A DNA stretch of 62,986 nt, the filler included, from Dimorphilus gyrociliatus (taxonomy: Eukaryota; Animalia; Annelida), in the NCBI GenBank assembly GCA_904063045.1. It is 4 parts of 4 records of this genome, joined end to end, with 100 filler letters (N's around TTAATTAATTAA, not from the genome) between each part and the next. Parts side by side here need not be neighbours in the genome. Positions count along the whole stretch, not along the records: positions 1 to 24,675 come from CAJFCJ010000165.1; 3 more parts are not named here. One strand, written 5' to 3'. Each line of letters opens with the position of its first letter. Position 1 is the stretch's first letter. The notes under the pieces are model-generated. The model was given only the letters and a program-made list of their open reading frames with translations, was not told where the DNA came from and searched no databases. Positions 12,894 to 24,005 of this stretch are shown here, piece after piece. The position numbers and the translations under genes are program-made.

Positions 12894-13742
12894 TGTATTG
12901 TTCAGTTTCAAAAACTATTCACAGAAAACAAAATTAAATTTTTTAACAGTTTATTTCACTTAAGAAAAATGGTTATTGCAAATAGAAAATTTGGAATACA
13001 AGGCAGAGACCACTTTTTTTAATGATAAACAAATTAAGAAGCAAATGCTTCAAAAACTTATATATGTTTTCAATTAAAAGATTGATAAAATATCTGCACA
13101 AAGAAAGGTTGACGCCAAACAAACGTTGATGAACACTTAGAAATAATATTAATATTAAATATTCAAGTACAATACTGCAATTCTTTCCAAGTTTGATGAT
13201 TTCTATCTTGAAACATGTTTTCTAGTGAAGTTTTTTCATTATTTCAATTATATTTTTGTGTCCTGAGCATAACATGAACAGCCAAGGAATAAAAGAGGGA
13301 AAGAGAGAGAGAGAGGTAACATTTGTTTTGCTCTTACAGATGAAAAGAGATATCATCACTGATCCAAAATCAGATGCTGCTAAGACTTTTATCATTTACT
13401 GACCTAATTTGGGTGTTGTGACAAATCTTTGACAAATTCTCAAATTGTACCGTGTTTGCTCATATTCTTTCCCAATTCTTTAGGCGCCACTCCTAGATAG
13501 TTTAGTGATATAAATTTTAATAAAATAGCAAGTAACGCATTTGGATTGATACCTTTTTGTCGAGATTTGACTACTAAAACTAAGTTTAAAAATATTATTC
13601 AGTAACATAATAATATTTAAAACACCAATCTTTCTAAATTTTCCAAGGTGACTTATAAATAGTTGGTCCATACTGAATATATCGCATGATAATCCCATTT
13701 TTTTTCTTCATATATTAACCCTTGGAAATTGACTATACTTGT

Positions 13743-14618
13743 TTATGTTTTGCTCATTCCAATTATTTCAATTTCTGAATTGCTAGATAAAAGATTTCTT
13801 AACTCCTTGTATTCACTTTCTGCAAGATTACAATTCTGAACATTGATATGCTTTAGAGTGCCTGTTGAATGTTTAAGCCCCGTGAAAATATCTGAAAATC
13901 TAACTGCAATATTAAAATTTTCTGCCAGATTAATACTCTCTATTTTGGAACATTCTTTCAATAGACTACCAATTTCGCCACATTCTTGTTCATTAATATT
14001 ACAATATTCAAAATTTAGACTCCTTAAACTATTTACAGATTGCAAAAGTGCTTTGCAAATGTATAATAATCCACAACCAATGTGATTGTTATAAGAAATA
14101 TTAATTACTTCTATTTTGGAACACTGTTGAAAAAGATTAGCTAAACTCTTACAATCAGCTTCTGTTAAATAGCAACGTTCAAAGTTCACATTGTTCAAAC
14201 TTTCTTTTGAGTGAATAAGTCCTTCGCAAATATAAGCCAATCCATTTTCTGTTTGAAAATTCTGTCCAAGATTTATTGATTGAATGTGGGAACAACCTTC
14301 TAAAAACTTTCCAATTTTTTGACACATTTCTTTATTTAAATTATACGATTTGAAATTCAGATGTTTTAAAGTATTTGATGATGGAACTAGTCCGCATAAA
14401 ATATTCTCTAATCCTTTTTCAATAAAGTTATTACCTCCAAGATTGATTTTCTCCAATTTGGAACAAAGTCTAAAGAGTTCTTCAATCAATTGATGACCTT
14501 CTTCCGAAATGTTACAATATGTAAAATTGACATGTTTCAAAGTGTTGACTGATTTGGCAAGTCCAACAGTAATACTTTCCAATCTTTTGGAACTTTTCAA
14601 ATCAATATCTCTCTTCAT
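13743..14618 (-). CDS. RI-like/NLR-type leucine-rich repeat ORF, copy 1 (291 aa; N-terminus probably missing or in another exon)
   Basis: About 28-aa repeats such as LEKINLGGN, LKHLNFKSY, IQSINLGQN, LNNVNFERC and IEVINISYN. Confidence 0.8.
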   Translation of the reverse strand: MKRDIDLKSSKRLESITVGLAKSVNTLKHVNFTYCNISEEGHQLIEELFRLCSKLEKINLGGNNFIEKGLENILCGLVPSSNTLKHLNFKSYNLNKEMCQKIGKFLEGCSHIQSINLGQNFQTENGLAYICEGLIHSKESLNNVNFERCYLTEADCKSLANLFQQCSKIEVINISYNNHIGCGLLYICKALLQSVNSLRSLNFEYCNINEQECGEIGSLLKECSKIESINLAENFNIAVRFSDIFTGLKHSTGTLKHINVQNCNLAESEYKELRNLLSSNSEIEIIGMSKT

Positions 14619-15487
14619 TTTTCACAACAAAACAAAATTATCTATAATTAAGCCTTTGTTGACGTCTCAATTAACTGATTTTTACTGCAAAACTTCTTAA
14701 TTTTACTAACCTTTTGTTAAAGACTGGCATATCAGGTATTACTTTAATTTGGAGTGTTATATTCAATTACAGTTCAATTATTGATTATTAAATCTTTGAC
14801 TTTGAAACGCCATAATCACTATTAAAGATATCCAATTAACTTTTCATTGTAACTCTACTAACTATATCAGAAATTTTTTATGCAATTAACTGAAAATTTA
14901 AGAAGATTCTTTTTTCTCTAATACTTCTTAATCCTAGCATGAAGCGTATTTTTTCGCTGCTAATTCATCTGTTACAGTCCAATATTAAATTTCTTATATA
15001 ACTATTTCTAAGTGAATACTTATACTAATCAGCTATAAAATTGTAATTGAGTGGGGAAAATGGCTGATTTAAAATGTATTGTGCTGCCCTTGCTTGACCA
15101 ATTTATAAGTTTGCAAGTTACAACAGTACTGGTTCTACTCAAACTTTTAAAGAAACGTTTAAATTTTAAATACTTAAGCAAATAACAATCTCAAAATTCA
15201 ATGGCAGAGCAGATAGTTTGTAATAGCAGGTTGCCAAATCACCAAACTGTCTTCCTATGTTGAGGAGTAGAAGGCTTTTTCCTGTGAAGGTTGTTTCTAG
15301 AAAATATCTTCTAGGATGGTTTGGCTGGGATGTCATGATTTGAATGAAAACAGTGAGGGTTGATTCACTTTGAGGATTGCCTCGTTTTAATGATAAGACA
15401 AATTCAGTATTTATGTTACCTTGTTAGTTAAAATATTTGCATCTCTGTTTTAAATTATCAATTTTCTGAATCTTTCAGTAATTGCAG

Positions 15488-15942
15488 AACACAAAAATCT
15501 TGGAATACATTCATATAGAATGGTTGATAGTATATGCAAATTAGGTGGTTTATCAAAACCAGAGAGATACAATACTTGTGCTAATCTGACTTCTGATGCA
15601 TTTGAACAAAAATTTTTATATCAAATTTATGAACCAAATAATTTCAATATTAAAGTAGAAGTTAGAGGAATAAATTTTAATTGTTCATTTTCAACTATGA
15701 AACCATATTTGATGGTTTATGTGAAAGCATATAATCAATATTTTAAGGGAAATGATCTATGGAGTGGAGAATTTCTTTCTTGTACATTGGATAGTAATGA
15801 TGGAAAATGTTCATATAATTGTATTTGTAAGCAGTCAATATGTAAACTGGTATATCTGAAATGGATAATAAGCTATGACAAGTCTCAAAATCCATTAAAT
15901 AAAGTAGCTATATGTGATATAAATGTTGTTGGACTAAGTTGA
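15488..15942 (+). CDS. Terminal exon of an unknown Cys-rich protein (inside the inverted duplication)
   Basis: Acceptor TTGCAG at 15487. The open frame reads EHKNLGIHSYRMVDSICK..KCSYNCICKQSICKLVYLKW..VAICDINVVGLS. No family recognised. Confidence 0.45.
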
Positions 15943-16343
15943 ACAAATTCAAATTTTCCTTTGTAAAATGAAATGTTTAAAATCATTAGATCTATGCACT
16001 ACTCACATTTATGCTTGATAGGATTAAATTTTTCAAAAGTTCAATACTAGCCATTAGCTATAAAATCATTTAGTCTATGCACTACTCAAAGGCTATTGGC
16101 TCATGAATTTGTAATTCAAACATGATGTGTTAATGATTAATAGTACTGAATTCTTCAGTAAATCAATCTCATTTATTTGGAATAGCTATTTCTTCATTAT
16201 TAACTTCTTAGAATAAATTTATAAATCTATACAATTTTTTTTATAATTTTTCTGCTGCTTGAGTTTTACGTGAGCCAAAATGCAGATGTCGCTAGTAGTA
16301 CTATTTTGATTAAAGCTTTAGAAACATTGATTAGTAAGATATA

Positions 16344-16669
16344 CAGTATAGGCAAAAAGTGCCCAGCCACCTTGTAAAATTTTAATAATTCATGTAGATA
16401 AATTGTAAAACAGTGTCCTAAGGTAGATTTAATGTAAAATATTTAATTAAATAGATGGTGACTCATTTATAACTAGCCCCTTTTTTCGAGGTATAATTAC
16501 TAAAACTGGATTTTATAAAAGAAAAACAACTTTTTGATACATTTTCATAAAGGATATTAGTTTCTACATATTAATCATTGTTATTACTAATTCAAAGTAG
16601 TTATACTGTATAGCTTAATATCTAAACTAAAAATTTTACAAGGTGCCTGGGCACTTTTTGCCTATACTG
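16344..16669. mobile_element. Tc1/mariner MITE (326 bp)
   Basis: About 40-bp TIRs CAGTATAGGCAAAAAGTGCCCAG..TTGTAAAATTTT, flanked by TA on both sides. The interior matches the transposase-end region of the element at 17611. Confidence 0.92.
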
Positions 16670-16844
16670 TATTGTACGTGGCTAGCTAAGGTGGATTTAT
16701 ATATGAATAATAAAATATTTTGGACTGAAGCCAAAGTTTCAGAGATTGACATTTCTATTTATTAACCCATAACATTAACAAATTTTAAAGTTTTTTCCTC
16801 CATTATTCGAATAATAACCCAGCAATTTTCATATGTCACTTTTT

Positions 16845-16985
16845 AATTGGCTGAGTGTTAGCCATCCAATAATAGGAGGTTTTTTAAATATAAAGTTAAT
16901 ACGGCATTTTGGTGGTTTTCTCTTTTTTTACACAATAATTAAGTTTCTTAAATAGAATAAAATATATCCTAGGACTTATAAAGCA
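16845..16985 (+). promoter_or_regulatory. Candidate promoter of the LRR gene (ATTGG and CCAAT pair, TTATAAA); mirrored at about 19593-19733 upstream of the intact ORF
   Basis: TAATTGGCTGAG..GCCATCCAATAAT about 270 nt and TTATAAA about 160 nt upstream of the ATG at 17138 (mirror ATG 19440). Function is inferred. Confidence 0.3.
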
Positions 16986-17137
16986 ATTATAATATTGCTG
17001 ACTCATTGAATTAATAACTCGATTATTGAACTGAATGAAAGAATAAAAAAAATATTCTGCTCACTAGTTTCCCAAAAACTGCAGAAGCAGTTTTCGTGAA
17101 AAAATCATACTATTCAGAAAAGTAAACAAACACCAAA

Positions 17138-17398
17138 ATGTTTGACTTAATTGTAATTACTTTGTCTGTAGAAGACAATGATTCTTGTCGCTTCGAACAG
17201 CTTACTAATCTTTTAAAATTGAAAAATCAGTCTCATGGAATTCATTTAAAAATTTATTCACTTTTTATGTGTGGAAGAATAGCGGATCTGTTGACTGACA
17301 TTTATATAGACACAATTGATCTCAAAGTTTCCATAGGAGATGGAAAAGAACTTGTTAAATTCTGTAAACAACTTTCTTATCAGAACAATTGCTTTTAA
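17138..17398 (+). pseudogene. Truncated N-terminal copy of the 407-aa LRR gene
   Basis: First 78 codons (MFDLIV..KFCKQ) are identical to ORF 18217-19440. The sequence then diverges at the duplication breakpoint 17371. Confidence 0.85.
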
Positions 17399-17610
17399 AG
17401 AAAAAGAAAATGAAGAAAAGTTTGATTTTATCTTGCCAATTTTGACAGTTTTCATTTATTCAATAAAAATTTGTTGATAAAATTTATGTGTAAACATAAA
17501 TTGATTTATAAATTACTACTTTCGTGAAAATTGGCAAATTCTTTTCAATCGGTTTTTGTATTTCTTTAATAAGTGAGTCAAAACTGTTATTTAAGAATTC
17601 ATACAATATA

Positions 17611-18161
17611 CAGTATAGGCAAAAAGTCCCCAGCCACCCTGTAAAATTTTTAGTTTTGATATTAAGATATACAGAATAACTACTTTTAATAGATAATAAT
17701 AATGATTAATATGTATAAACTAATATCCTTTATGAAAAATTATCAAAAAATTGTTTTTCTTTTAAAAAATGCAGTTTTAGTAATTATGCCTCGAAAAAAG
17801 GGGTTGGTTAAAAATGAGTCACCATCATATTGTCAAATTCTTGCTGTGTTACCCTCCATAGATCATCAACATTTGTGCACATATGTTTACCAACCCTTCC
17901 TTTTAGGTATGACCATAAATTTTCAATAGGATTTAGGTCAGGAGTCTGGGCTGGCCAGTCTTGCAAGTGCCTAATGTTCTTTTCATCCAAATACCTTAAG
18001 GTACTCCTAGATGTATGGCATGGAGCACCATCCTGCATGAATACTTGGTCCCTATTATAATTCTCTAGAAAAGATTTATCAAGAATTTCTTGATATTTTT
18101 TGGAATTTAAGTTACCTTTATATAAATGTATACCTCTGCTGCCATACTGAATATATCGCAT
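17611..18161 (-). mobile_element. Truncated Tc1/mariner transposon (one TIR plus DDE transposase C-terminal part)
   Basis: TA then TIR CAGTATAGGCAAAAAGTCCCCAG at 17611. The ORF contains FMQDGAPCH and WPAQTPDLNPIENLWSYLK (Tc1 DDE_3 motifs). Confidence 0.9.
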
Positions 18162-18216
18162 GATAATCCCATTTTTTTTCTTCAGATATTAACCCTTGGA
18201 AATTGACTATACTTGT

Positions 18217-19440
18217 TTATGTTTTGCTCATTCCAATTATTTCAATTTCTGAATTGCTAGATAAAAGATTTCTTAACTCCTTGTATTCACTTTCTGCAAG
18301 ATTACAATTCTGAACATTGATATGCTTTAGAGTGCCTGTTGAATGTTTAAGCCCCGTGAAAATATCTGAAAATCTAACTGCAATATTAAAATTTTCTGCC
18401 AGATTAATACTCTCTATTTTGGAACATTCTTTCAATAGACTACCAATTTCGCCACATTCTTGTTCATTAATATTACAATATTCAAAATTTAGACTCCTTA
18501 AACTATTTACAGATTGTAAAAGTGCTTTGCAAATGTATAATAATCCACAACCAATGTGATTGTTATAAGAAATATTAATTACTTCTATTTTGGAACACTG
18601 TTGAAAAAGATTAGCTAAACTCTTACAATCAGCTTCTGTTAAATAGCAACGTTCAAAGTTCACATTGTTCAAACTTTCTTTTGAGTGAATAAGTCCTTCG
18701 CAAATATAAGCCAATCCATTTTCTGTTTGAAAATTCTGTCCAAGATTTATCGATTGAATGTGGGAACAACCTTCTAAAAACTTTCCAATTTTTTGACACA
18801 TTTCTTTATTTAAATTATACGATTTGAAATTCAGATGTTTTAAAGTATTTGATGATGGAACTAGTCCGCATAAAATTTTCTCTAGTCCATTTTTCATAAA
18901 ATTATTTCCTCCAAGGTTGATTATCTCCAGTCTGGAACAAAGTCTAAAGAGTTCTTTAATCCATTGATGACCTTCTTCCGAAATGTTACAATATGTAAAA
19001 TTGACATGTTTCAAAGTGTTGACTGATGTGGCCAGTCCATCAGTAATATATTCGAATCCATTTCCCAATTGATAATTTTTTGATAGATCTATTGATTCTA
19101 ATTTTGAGCATTCTTTAAGGAGACTTCCAATCTCTTTACAATTGTCTTCCTTTAAAGAACAATTGGAAAGATAAAGATTTTTTAGAGAAGTGGTTGAAGA
19201 TTGAACTTGTTTACAGAATTTAACAAGTTCTTTTCCATCTCCTATGGAAACTTTGAGATCAATTGTGTCTATATAAATGTCAGTCAACAGATCCGCTATT
19301 CTTCCACACATAAAAAGTGAATAAATTTTTAAATGAATTCCATGAGACTGATTTTTCAATTTTAAAAGATTAGTAAGCTGTTCGAAGCGACAAGAATCAT
19401 TGTCTTCTACAGACAAAGTAATTACAATTAAGTCAAACAT
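18217..19440 (-). CDS. LRR-only protein, copy 2 (407 aa, intact ORF from ATG)
   Basis: Uninterrupted ORF with RI-like LRRs. The C-terminal part is essentially identical to copy 1; the middle part matches copy 4. Confidence 0.85.
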   Translation of the reverse strand: MFDLIVITLSVEDNDSCRFEQLTNLLKLKNQSHGIHLKIYSLFMCGRIADLLTDIYIDTIDLKVSIGDGKELVKFCKQVQSSTTSLKNLYLSNCSLKEDNCKEIGSLLKECSKLESIDLSKNYQLGNGFEYITDGLATSVNTLKHVNFTYCNISEEGHQWIKELFRLCSRLEIINLGGNNFMKNGLEKILCGLVPSSNTLKHLNFKSYNLNKEMCQKIGKFLEGCSHIQSINLGQNFQTENGLAYICEGLIHSKESLNNVNFERCYLTEADCKSLANLFQQCSKIEVINISYNNHIGCGLLYICKALLQSVNSLRSLNFEYCNINEQECGEIGSLLKECSKIESINLAENFNIAVRFSDIFTGLKHSTGTLKHINVQNCNLAESEYKELRNLLSSNSEIEIIGMSKT

Positions 19441-19908
19441 TTTGGTGTTTGTTTACTTTTCTGAATAGTATGATTTTTTCACGAAAACTGCTTCTGCAGT
19501 TTTTGGGAAACTAGTGAGCAGAATATTTTTTTTATTCTTTCATTCAGTTCAATAATCGAGTTATTAATTCAATGAGTCAGCAATATTATAATTGCTTTAT
19601 AAGTCCTAGGATATATTTTATTCTATTTAAGAAACTTAATTATTGTGTAAAAAAAGAGAAAACCACCAAAATGCCGTATTAACTTTATATTTAAAAAACC
19701 TCCTATTATTGGATGGCTAACACTCAGCCAATTAAAAAGTGACATATGAAAATTGCTGGGTTATTATTCGAATAATGGAGGAAAAAACTTTAAAATTTGT
19801 TAATGTTATGGGTTAATAAATAGAAATGTCAATCTCTGAAACTTTGGCTTCAGTCCAAAATATTTTATTATTCATATATAAATCCACCTTAGCTAGCCAC
19901 GTACAATA

Positions 19909-20233
19909 CAGTATAGGCAAAAAGTGCCCAGGCACCTTGTAAAATTTTAGTTTAGATATTAAGCTATACAGTATAACTACTTTGAATTAGTAATAACAAT
20001 GATTAATATGTAGAAACTAATATCCTTTATGAAAATGTATCAAAAAGTTGTTTTTCTTTTATAAAATCCAGTTTTAGTAATTATACCTCGAAAAAAGGGG
20101 CTAGTTATAAATGAGTCACCATCTATTTAATTAAATATTTTACATTAAATCTACCTTAGGACACTGTTTTACAATTTATCTACATGAATTATTAAAATTT
20201 TACAAGGTGGCTGGGCACTTTTTGCCTATACTG
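19909..20233. mobile_element. Tc1/mariner MITE, mirror copy within the right arm
   Basis: Same TIRs and TA flanks; duplicated as part of the inverted arm. Confidence 0.92.
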
Positions 20234-20634
20234 TATATCTTACTAATCAATGTTTCTAAAGCTTTAATCAAAATAGTACTACTAGCGACATCTGCATTTT
20301 GGCTCACGTAAAACTCAAGCAGCAGAAAAATTATAAAAAAAATTGTATAGATTTATAAATTTATTCTAAGAAGTTAATAATGAAGAAATAGCTATTCCAA
20401 ATAAATGAGATTGATTTACTGAAGAATTCAGTACTATTAATCATTAACACATCATGTTTGAATTACAAATTCATGAGCCAATAGCCTTTGAGTAGTGCAT
20501 AGACTAAATGATTTTATAGCTAATGGCTAGTATTGAACTTTTGAAAAATTTAATCCTATCAAGCATAAATGTGAGTAGTGCATAGATCTAATGATTTTAA
20601 ACATTTCATTTTACAAAGGAAAATTTGAATTTGT

Positions 20635-21089
20635 TCAACTTAGTCCAACAACATTTATATCACATATAGCTACTTTATTTAATGGATTTTGAGACTTGTC
20701 ATAGCTTATTATCCATTTCAGATATACCAGTTTACATATTGACTGCTTACAAATACAATTATATGAACATTTTCCATCATTACTATCCAATGTACAAGAA
20801 AGAAATTCTCCACTCCATAGATCATTTCCCTTAAAATATTGATTATATGCTTTCACATAAACCATCAAATATGGTTTCATAGTTGAAAATGAACAATTAA
20901 AATTTATTCCTCTAACTTCTACTTTAATATTGAAATTATTTGGTTCATAAATTTGATATAAAAATTTTTGTTCAAATGCATCAGAAGTCAGATTAGCACA
21001 AGTATTGTATCTCTCTGGTTTTGATAAACCACCTAATTTGCATATACTATCAACCATTCTATATGAATGTATTCCAAGATTTTTGTGTT
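20635..21089 (-). CDS. Mirror copy of the unknown Cys-rich exon
   Basis: Identical translation to 15520-15942. Confidence 0.45.
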
Positions 21090-21958
21090 CTGCAATTACT
21101 GAAAGATTCAGAAAATTGATAATTTAAAACAGAGATGCAAATATTTTAACTAACAAGGTAACATAAATACTGAATTTGTCTTATCATTAAAACGAGGCAA
21201 TCCTCAAAGTGAATCAACCCTCACTGTTTTCATTCAAATCATGACATCCCAGCCAAACCATCCTAGAAGATATTTTCTAGAAACAACCTTCACAGGAAAA
21301 AGCCTTCTACTCCTCAACATAGGAAGACAGTTTGGTGATTTGGCAACCTGCTATTACAAACTATCTGCTCTGCCATTGAATTTTGAGATTGTTATTTGCT
21401 TAAGTATTTAAAATTTAAACGTTTCTTTAAAAGTTTGAGTAGAACCAGTACTGTTGTAACTTGCAAACTTATAAATTGGTCAAGCAAGGGCAGCACAATA
21501 CATTTTAAATCAGCCATTTTCCCCACTCAATTACAATTTTATAGCTGATTAGTATAAGTATTCACTTAGAAATAGTTATATAAGAAATTTAATATTGGAC
21601 TGTAACAGATGAATTAGCAGCGAAAAAATACGCTTCATGCTAGGATTAAGAAGTATTAGAGAAAAAAGAATCTTCTTAAATTTTCAGTTAATTGCATAAA
21701 AAATTTCTGATATAGTTAGTAGAGTTACAATGAAAAGTTAATTGGATATCTTTAATAGTGATTATGGCGTTTCAAAGTCAAAGATTTAATAATCAATAAT
21801 TGAACTGTAATTGAATATAACACTCCAAATTAAAGTAATACCTGATATGCCAGTCTTTAACAAAAGGTTAGTAAAATTAAGAAGTTTTGCAGTAAAAATC
21901 AGTTAATTGAGACGTCAACAAAGGCTTAATTATAGATAATTTTGTTTTGTTGTGAAAA

Positions 21959-22834
21959 ATGAAGAGAGATATTGATTTGAAAAGTTCCAAAAGATTGGAA
22001 AGTATTACTGTTGGACTTGCCAAATCAGTCAACACTTTGAAACATGTCAATTTTACATATTGTAACATTTCGGAAGAAGGTCATCAATTGATTGAAGAAC
22101 TCTTTAGACTTTGTTCCAAATTGGAGAAAATCAATCTTGGAGGTAATAACTTTATTGAAAAAGGATTAGAGAATATTTTATGCGGACTAGTTCCATCATC
22201 AAATACTTTAAAACATCTGAATTTCAAATCGTATAATTTAAATAAAGAAATGTGTCAAAAAATTGGAAAGTTTTTAGAAGGTTGTTCCCACATTCAATCA
22301 ATAAATCTTGGACAGAATTTTCAAACAGAAAATGGATTGGCTTATATTTGCGAAGGACTTATTCACTCAAAAGAAAGTTTGAACAATGTGAACTTTGAAC
22401 GTTGCTATTTAACAGAAGCTGATTGTAAGAGTTTAGCTAATCTTTTTCAACAGTGTTCCAAAATAGAAGTAATTAATATTTCTTATAACAATCACATTGG
22501 TTGTGGATTATTATACATTTGCAAAGCACTTTTGCAATCTGTAAATAGTTTAAGGAGTCTAAATTTTGAATATTGTAATATTAATGAACAAGAATGTGGC
22601 GAAATTGGTAGTCTATTGAAAGAATGTTCCAAAATAGAGAGTATTAATCTGGCAGAAAATTTTAATATTGCAGTTAGATTTTCAGATATTTTCACGGGGC
22701 TTAAACATTCAACAGGCACTCTAAAGCATATCAATGTTCAGAATTGTAATCTTGCAGAAAGTGAATACAAGGAGTTAAGAAATCTTTTATCTAGCAATTC
22801 AGAAATTGAAATAATTGGAATGAGCAAAACATAA
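21959..22834 (+). CDS. LRR ORF, copy 3 (mirror of copy 1)
   Basis: Translation identical to 13743-14618. Confidence 0.8.
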   Translation: MKRDIDLKSSKRLESITVGLAKSVNTLKHVNFTYCNISEEGHQLIEELFRLCSKLEKINLGGNNFIEKGLENILCGLVPSSNTLKHLNFKSYNLNKEMCQKIGKFLEGCSHIQSINLGQNFQTENGLAYICEGLIHSKESLNNVNFERCYLTEADCKSLANLFQQCSKIEVINISYNNHIGCGLLYICKALLQSVNSLRSLNFEYCNINEQECGEIGSLLKECSKIESINLAENFNIAVRFSDIFTGLKHSTGTLKHINVQNCNLAESEYKELRNLLSSNSEIEIIGMSKT

Positions 22835-23712
22835 ACAAGTATAGTCAATTTCCAAGGGTTAATATATGAAGAAAAAAAATGGGATTATCATGCGATATAT
22901 TCAGTATGGACCAACTATTTATAAGTCACCTTGGAAAATTTAGAAAGATTGGTGTTTTAAATATTATTATGTTACTGAATAATATTTTTAAACTTAGTTT
23001 TAGTAGTCAAATCTCGACAAAAAGGTATCAATCCAAATGCGTTACTTGCTATTTTATTAAAATTTATATCACTAAACTATCTAGGAGTGGCGCCTAAAGA
23101 ATTGGGAAAGAATATGAGCAAACACGGTACAATTTGAGAATTTGTCAAAGATTTGTCACAACACCCAAATTAGGTCAGTAAATGATAAAAGTCTTAGCAG
23201 CATCTGATTTTGGATCAGTGATGATATCTCTTTTCATCTGTAAGAGCAAAACAAATGTTACCTCTCTCTCTCTCTTTCCCTCTTTTATTCCTTGGCTGTT
23301 CATGTTATGCTCAGGACACAAAAATATAATTGAAATAATGAAAAAACTTCACTAGAAAACATGTTTCAAGATAGAAATCATCAAACTTGGAAAGAATTGC
23401 AGTATTGTACTTGAATATTTAATATTAATATTATTTCTAAGTGTTCATCAACGTTTGTTTGGCGTCAACCTTTCTTTGTGCAGATATTTTATCAATCTTT
23501 TAATTGAAAACATATAATAAAATCTTTATATTTTGCTTAGCTTTCATTATCTTGATCTAAAATAATAATAAAGTCACTGGTTTTTATTGATTTTACGGCA
23601 AAGTTTGACTTCCATGTTCTAGTTTCAAAATAAAAGTTGCATAAAAAATCAAGAAGTAGAACATTAGAGATAAGGTTAAGTAAATTTATTGAAATTGTTT
23701 AACCAGACAAAA

Positions 23713-23917
23713 AGGGATACGACAGAAAACGTCCCCAAATGCAAGGTTTAACCCTAACCCTAGCCTAGCCCTTGTCTTTCTCTAATCTTTTTGATTACCC
23801 CTAACCCTTAGATGGAACCTAACTACAAATCAAAAGCTACTTTACTCCTGCTAACCATTTTTCAATCCAAAATGTTGCTTTCAAAAATCTCACTTGGGGA
23901 CGTTTTCTGTCAGCCCT
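23713..23917 (+). mobile_element. Family A MITE with apparent 7-bp target-site duplication
   Basis: Termini AGGGATACGACAGAAAACGTCCCC .. GGGGACGTTTTCTGTCAGCCCT, flanked by GACAAAA at 23706-23712 and 23918-23924. Confidence 0.85.
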
Positions 23918-24005
23918 GACAAAAGCTATATATTCACCATGACTTTGTTAAAATATATTAATCATATGTAAATTGAGTAATATCGCTTGTGAAATATTCT
24001 AATGT

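Larger units (their letters stand above)
13061..17371 (+). repeat. Left arm (about 4.3 kb) of a near-perfect long inverted duplication
   Basis: Reverse complement of 19207-23516. Paired coordinates sum to 36577 or 36578, with one 1-nt indel in the A-run at 16629-16633. The mirrored 291-aa and 140-aa ORFs are identical. Confidence 0.95.
19207..23516 (-). repeat. Right arm of the long inverted duplication
   Basis: Mirror of 13061-17371. Breakpoints read directly: ..CTGTAAACAA at 17371/19207 and TATATG/CATATA at 13061/23516. Confidence 0.95.

Noticed and set aside
13480-13698. 72-aa ORF and its mirror at 22879-23097 as a duplicated small gene
   Set aside because: Identity is explained by the inverted duplication; no motif or other coding evidence.
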